NCBI RefSeq assembly: GCF_003352065.1
Contig: NZ_CP025803.1
Coordinates: 1,683,574-1,715,573 of the forward strand
Direction of reading: 5' to 3'
Length of the DNA: 32,000 nt
Source: Sulfitobacter sp. SK011
Lineage (GTDB): Bacteria; Pseudomonadota; Alphaproteobacteria; Rhodobacterales; Rhodobacteraceae
The notes under the pieces: generated by a model
Database searches by the model: none
The model's input: only the letters and a program-made list of their open reading frames with translations
Told to the model about the DNA's origin: nothing
Made by a program: the position numbers and the translations under genes
Shown: one piece after another, positions 27,325 through 32,000 of the stretch
How positions within the stretch are numbered: position 1 is the stretch's first letter
How the letters are laid out: every line of letters starts with the position of its first letter

Positions 27325-28604
27325 GATGATGCCTTTGTGCAATCTTCAAAGGCGGTGTATTGAATTACTTTCGGACGGTCCACAAACGATCGTTTCGCGT
27401 TGCAGCAATTTTAGCCTTAATAAAAACCCGCTGAGCTGTAATTTCCTCGCTGGCGGTTACACTGCAATGACCGGAAAGTCCGCGTTACAGTCCTTGCCCG
27501 CTCAAAGTTGAGGCGGCTCCTCGCCCGCTACGACAGTCCAAAAGGCCATTCTGCGGTCTAGCCACGAAGAACCTCAATGGAGACATACGCTGGCTCGAGG
27601 TGCGCCTTGCTGGCATGACACCCGCGGCACTTATTGGACCGCACAATACGCGGACACACCCTATTTTTTGACAAATGTGATCTGGTTCACAGACAAACGC
27701 CGAAGCGCATTGTAGTACCATTTAAAAGAAACACGGCATCAACCTCGGAGAACCAGAAAATGCAACGCCGCAAACAAATTCATACCCAGAGACTCAGTCA
27801 GCCATCAGGCTACCCCAACTCATTCGGACGGCAGGTGTTTGAACGCATTCTCAACGCCATACGCCAGAGCATCGAGATCCAGTTGAAGGTGAGCCAATAT
27901 CACTGACGGTTGGTGAGCAAGAAGTTCGTCTCATACCAAAAGCAGAGGCGAGGGCCCTGACTCTGTCGGATATCTGTAAGAGTATCTGTAGAGTCCTTTT
28001 TTTTGGGTTAAATATCTGAGTGAATCCAGACAATACCCAGAAGATATACCCTACCTAATTTTTTCCTTTCAAGGGCTCCGGAGATCTTTTTTTGCTCTGT
28101 ATCTCGTTGGCCGTAGCCGCTGGCGCAATCCTCATAACGGAAATCCAGACCTCCAGTTAGTGCTTACACAAGGCCAGGATCAAACGACCGGTAGCCAATT
28201 TGCTAACAATCAGTTCCAATTATTTCCCAAAATGCCACAATTTCTACGATACGCCGCCGCTTTTCCATGAGAGGCACAACTGTGCAACGCATGCAAGGAT
28301 CTGGGCAATGATGGTAGCTGGCAAGTTCATTCTGACACGTATCGAAATTCATGCTGTATCGCTACGTGCAGTAAATTATGCACACGAACCATATGGATCA
28401 CCTGCAGCTCATCTGCGTCGTCTGCTTAATATTGGACGTGGTGAGCAGCCAGGAGGTTCCTTTGGAAGGGCGATGGCAGCGCAGTCAAATTTTTCCAGCG
28501 GCTCCACCGCTGAGATGGATCGGAACCTCTAAACAGGTCACGTTTGCAACGACAGCACCTGCCCATAGAGCAGACACTGGGGAAAAACACGGCCATGACC
28601 GAGT

Positions 28605-29407
28605 TGCGGATGGAGTGGATGGCGTCTGCACCCAACCGTCACGCAACGTGGCATAGTGCAGATGTTTTCATCAGCTAGGAACGGAGCCCCATCATGGAAG
28701 TTACGACAATAGGATTGGATTTTGGTAAGGACGTCTTCCAAGTTCACGGTATCACCGCTGACGGTACAGTTGTTTTCAATCGAACAATTCGACGCCGACA
28801 GTTGCTCAATTTCTTTGAGACGCTGCCGCGCAGTCTTGTCGGTATTGAGGCGTGCGGATCAGCCCATCATTGGGCGCGTGAGTTGATTGAGATTGGTCAC
28901 GATGTGCGCCTAATGCCTGCCGTCTATGTGAAGCCATATGTGAAGCGTGGCAAAACAGATGCGGTTGATGCGGAAGCGATTTGCGAGGCAGTTACGCGAC
29001 CGACGATGCGCTTTGTCGCTGTAAAGTCGAAAGAACAACAGGCCCTGCTGACCATTCATCGGGTGCGCCAGCTCGTTGTCCGTCAGAAAACTCAGATGTT
29101 GAACGTGATCTGGGGTCTTCTTCGGGAGTTTGGCCACGTGATCGGCAACGGACCGGTTGCTGCGATGCGCTTCATCAAAGCTTTTGAAACCGATGATTGT
29201 CCAGATATTCCTGACGTGGCGAAGAGTATGCTCAAGACGCTTTGTGATCAGGTTGTTGCTCTCGATGACCGGGTCGCCTTCTATGACAAGTTGATCAAGT
29301 ATCATGCCAGGATCGACGAGCGCGCCAAACGGATAAGGACAGTGCCAGGCGTCGGCCCCATCACGGCCTCAGCCATCGTGGCCACCATCGGTGATGGCAA
29401 GACGTTC
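28605..29407 (+). mobile_element. IS110-family element, 3'-truncated (leader 28605-28693 plus recombinase fragment)
   Basis: The leader is homologous to the other two copies. The coding part is described in the pseudogene entry. Confidence 0.8.
28694..29407 (+). pseudogene. IS110-family (DEDD/RuvC-like) recombinase, truncated after ...VPGVGPITASAIVATIGDGKTF
   Basis: N-terminal DEDD domain motifs (IGLDFGKD, GIEACGSAHHW, KTDAVDAEAI). The ORF tail LAAAGFVERGQPQPCR is the antisense of the other copy, so the C-terminal catalytic domain is missing. Confidence 0.8.
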
Positions 29408-30187
29408 CTTGCCGCCGCTGGATTTGTTGAGAGGGGTCAACCCCAGCCATGCCGCTAGATCGCGCCCTGTCCGAAACTGATGCGCGTCACCGATTGTGGC
29501 GACAATCGCCGATGCCGTGACCGGCCCAATGCCAGGCATGCGCATTAATCGACGTGCATCTGAGTTCAGCATTGCGTGTTGCTCTATCATCTTGGAATAG
29601 CCAGAGATGCGTTCGTTCATGCCGATGAATTGGTAGCACTGGATGCCCAGCATGCCGTTCGCGATGTCGGGCATGTCCAGGTGATCACCTTCATGGTGAC
29701 GCTTTGCAAAAGCCGTAACTGCTTCGATCCCAATCGGCAAAACATGCCCAAACTCGCGCAACAGGCTGCGGATCATGTTGGCCAATTGGGTGCGTTGCCG
29801 GACTGCCAAATCCCGGGTGCGATGGATCGACAATATAGCCTGTTGATCTTCAGTCTTGATCTCAACAAACCGCATAGTCGGGCGTCTGACGGCCTCACAA
29901 ATGGCTTCAGCATCAACGGCGTCGCTCTTGCCGCGCTTCACATAGGGTTTTACATATCCAGCGGGCATGAGCTTCACTTCGTGCCCTAATTTGCGCAGTT
30001 GGCGGCCCCAGTGATGGGACGATCCGCAGGCTTCCATGCCAACCCTGCACGGTGGCAGCGCCTCAAAGAATGACAGCAGCTTCGCGCGCTTGATCGCCTT
30101 GTTGAAAACAACGCGGCCATTCTCCGAAATTCCGTGCACTTGAAATACGTCCTTGGCCAAATCTAGGCCGACTGTCTTAACTGTCAT
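29399..30187 (-). pseudogene. Second, different IS110-family recombinase, truncated after ...LGLTPLNKSSGGKERL
   Basis: MTVKTVGLDLAKD..., GMEACGSSHHW and KSDAVDAEAI. By eye it is roughly 60% identical to the plus-strand copy. About the last 70 aa expected for the family are absent, and the ORF tail AITDGGHDG is antisense of the other copy. Confidence 0.8.
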
Positions 30188-30275
30188 TGGGTGGCTCCTT
30201 TCCTAGCAGTTGGTGATAACTGCACTTTGGCACATTCGATGCCGGTGGAGCAGGAGCCACCCACCTCATCCGCTT
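30188..30275 (-). ncRNA. Structured 5' non-coding leader of the IS110-family element (bridge-RNA-type region, candidate)
   Basis: Perfect 12-bp stem TGGGTGGCTCCT (30188-30199) / AGGAGCCACCCA (30252-30263) encloses 52 nt. The region is conserved in two other copies. IS110-group elements are known to encode their guide RNA in this position. Confidence 0.4.
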
Positions 30276-30276
30276 A

Positions 30277-30335
30277 GGGCTGATTTTGTTGAAAAACTTT
30301 GTTTTTGGGTCAGAATCTCAATTTTGCTCGCCGTA
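30277..30335. repeat. Third copy of the GATTGTGTTGAAAAAC repeat (GGGCTGATTTTGTTGAAAAACTTTG...), abutting the IS leader
   Basis: Aligns with the reverse complement of 18760-18815 (GGGCTGATTGTGTTGAAAAACTCTG...). Confidence 0.55.
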
Positions 30336-30659
30336 CGGGCCTTCGTGCCGGATCTCGACAGGCATCTAGCAGCCTGCGATCTTGCGCTTGTGCAAGGCGG
30401 TCTGACGACATGCATGGAACTCGCCGCTGCCGCTACGCCGTTTCTGTACTTCCCACTCCGAAACCATTTCGAGCAGAACTTTCACGTCGCCAGCCGTCTG
30501 GACAGATACAACGCGGGACGAAAAATGATCTTCTCGGAATCTGATCCAGAAGCCATTGCGGAGGCAATGGTAACCGAGCTGAAGAGCCCGCGGGGAGCAA
30601 ACCCGGTGGCAAGTGACGGCGCAAGCCGCGCAGCGAGAATGCTGGCGGAATTGCTATAG
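30330..30659 (+). pseudogene. C-terminal fragment of a GT-B fold glycosyltransferase (MGT/MurG-like)
   Basis: Only about the last 110 aa are present (FVPDLDRHLAACDLALVQGGLTTCMELAAAATPFLYFPLRNHFEQNFHVASRL...). The upstream in-frame sequence is repeat and IS leader, not glycosyltransferase. Confidence 0.5.
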
Positions 30660-31083
30660 ACCTACGGAATGCTGGCCCTTGCTCTTTCAAGGAAAGGGAC
30701 CTTTGTACAAATTGCAATGTAGGTCCACTTCCCGCCATATGCTGCAGCATCTGCCACTTCGGGCTCTTATTGCTGCCGTTAGCTGCAAGATGCTCTGAGG
30801 TCCGCTCTGCGTGACAATGCGGACTTGTGCAGGTGCAGTTAGTGTTGAAGTGGAAAACCTTCACTCTTGAAGCATCGGTCAATTGGCAGCGCAGCACGGT
30901 TCATCGAACCGGTCGTTCAGCCGCTTCAATCTGAGCATTCCACAAACTGATCGTTCGCTGCAGTTTAGCTGAACAATCGAGACAGCGGTTAAACCAGCCT
31001 GATGTGCTTGGACCATAGTTTCTCTAATTTCTATGCTAGGAAAGTAAGCGTGGAGCGACGGTCTAAACGTAGAAGGCCCGAGT

Positions 31084-32000
31084 TTACAGATTGACGCCTG
31101 ACCGGCGCAAACCGTCCAAGAAAAGCTCGCTGTGTTCTTCTTTGAGGAATGGATAGGAACTTGCAATTGCGTTGTAGTCCAATGGCAAGCCCATCTCTGA
31201 CAGCTTTCTGGCAGCTTGCAGGGCTTCATCGCGATCGCCCGTCAATCCGGATAACGCAACCCGCCTTTGCAGTGCACGACCGTAGTATGGGTCGCACGAT
31301 TGCGAAAGTCTCAGACGTTCGTTTGCCTTGTCAAATTGCTTGTCAAGCATATGCCAAAGTCCAAGGTCGGCTTCAATGACAGCGCGGTATGGGTAGGTTG
31401 GATCAACTCTAAACAGGCGCTCTTGGTAGGAGCGTGCCTTCTGCGGATTTCCCGAAAACCCTGTAATACAACCGCCGAAATGATAGTTCATTCCTGCACT
31501 CGGGTTAAGTTCGATCGCACGCTCCACATGCAACAACGCCATTTCATGGTTTTTGTTGGTCCAAAGCTCGCCTACCGCCGTCAGCGCGTGGGCAATCCAG
31601 GCACTGCGATCAATATCGAGCGCCCGCCGTGCAGCTTCAAGCGTGGGTGCAAAGGCTGAGGCGCTATCTGACGAAGAAAAATTGGCCATCGCCATTTGAA
31701 ACTGGGCGGTGGCGATCAATGTAAAAGGCAACACCCAATGCGGCGCGCGTTCAGCCGCATCGCGCGCCAATCGATCAGCCTCCACGAAGTCACTGCGCTT
31801 CCCGTTGCTGAGCAACGATGCCGCACGCATCGTTAGCTCCCAAACGGTCATATCCCCCGGTGGTTTGCGAAGGATGCGGCGGGCCTCAGCTCGTTCCAGT
31901 TCGGGGGACACATTGGAGGCAATCTGGCCTGCTATTTCCTCTTCGACGTCAAAAAGTTCGTCTATGTCACAGGCCAGACTTTCACTCCATATCTGTGTGT
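31084..32000 (-). CDS. TPR-repeat C-terminal region of a larger protein (5' end lies right of the window)
   Basis: The frame stays open to the window edge, upstream of the GTG at 31911 (...DIDELFDVEEEIAGQIASNVSPELERAE...). The C-terminus ...EHSELFLDGLRRSGVNL and the TPR body resemble the TPR modules attached to cyclase or winged-helix signalling proteins in alphaproteobacteria. Confidence 0.65.
   Translation of the reverse strand, partial: TQIWSESLACDIDELFDVEEEIAGQIASNVSPELERAEARRILRKPPGDMTVWELTMRAASLLSNGKRSDFVEADRLARDAAERAPHWVLPFTLIATAQFQMAMANFSSSDSASAFAPTLEAARRALDIDRSAWIAHALTAVGELWTNKNHEMALLHVERAIELNPSAGMNYHFGGCITGFSGNPQKARSYQERLFRVDPTYPYRAVIEADLGLWHMLDKQFDKANERLRLSQSCDPYYGRALQRRVALSGLTGDRDEALQAARKLSEMGLPLDYNAIASSYPFLKEEHSELFLDGLRRSGVNL

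Noticed and set aside
28040-28340. Short hydrophobic minus-strand peptide (MNLPATIIAQILACVAQLCLSWKSGGVS) as a type I toxin candidate
   Set aside because: There is no Shine-Dalgarno sequence, no visible antisense partner structure, and it is a single unconserved observation in low-GC debris.

Overview
This looks like a high-GC alphaproteobacterial chromosome. Gene content suggests Rhodobacteraceae, which is an inference. All calls come from reading the supplied ORF translations and hand-aligning DNA; no database search was possible.

The window has two parts.

(1) 1-18379 is a tightly packed housekeeping backbone. It holds secD (partial), secF, a TauE/SafE-like permease, an Mth938-like protein, ccmABCDG, acnA, a DUF1223 protein, a lipid-A-type acyltransferase and a stand-alone FliG-like gene. 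It continues with a TPR protein plus a small lipoprotein that share a Cys motif, purB, a Gly/Asn-rich secreted protein, a DUF6455-like protein, an alpha/beta-hydrolase-OsmC fusion and a trans-sulfuration PLP enzyme.

(2) 18380 to about 31080 is an accessory segment with patchy low GC. Hand counts on single 60-nt lines give 37-43% GC here against about 57% in the backbone. Its genes are a SorA/SoxC-type sulfite dehydrogenase with its cytochrome c and a methyltransferase, a leaderless ModA-like binding protein, a Cys-type deiodinase-like thioredoxin-fold protein, a class III nucleotide cyclase fused to a GFA domain, a MOSC protein, an unknown membrane protein and a truncated glycosyltransferase.

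These genes are separated by same-orientation copies of a degenerate ~100-nt hairpin-containing repeat, roughly one gene per repeat interval. That is a cassette-array-like layout with no attC features and no integrase in view. The segment also carries:
- a 117-bp near-perfect direct repeat that duplicates a promoter, a palindrome and a start codon;
- two different IS110-family recombinase genes, truncated and fused tail-to-tail;
- three copies of the structured IS110 5' non-coding (bridge-RNA-type) region, one of them orphaned and fused to the duplicated promoter.

No rRNA, tRNA or CRISPR array was recognised.
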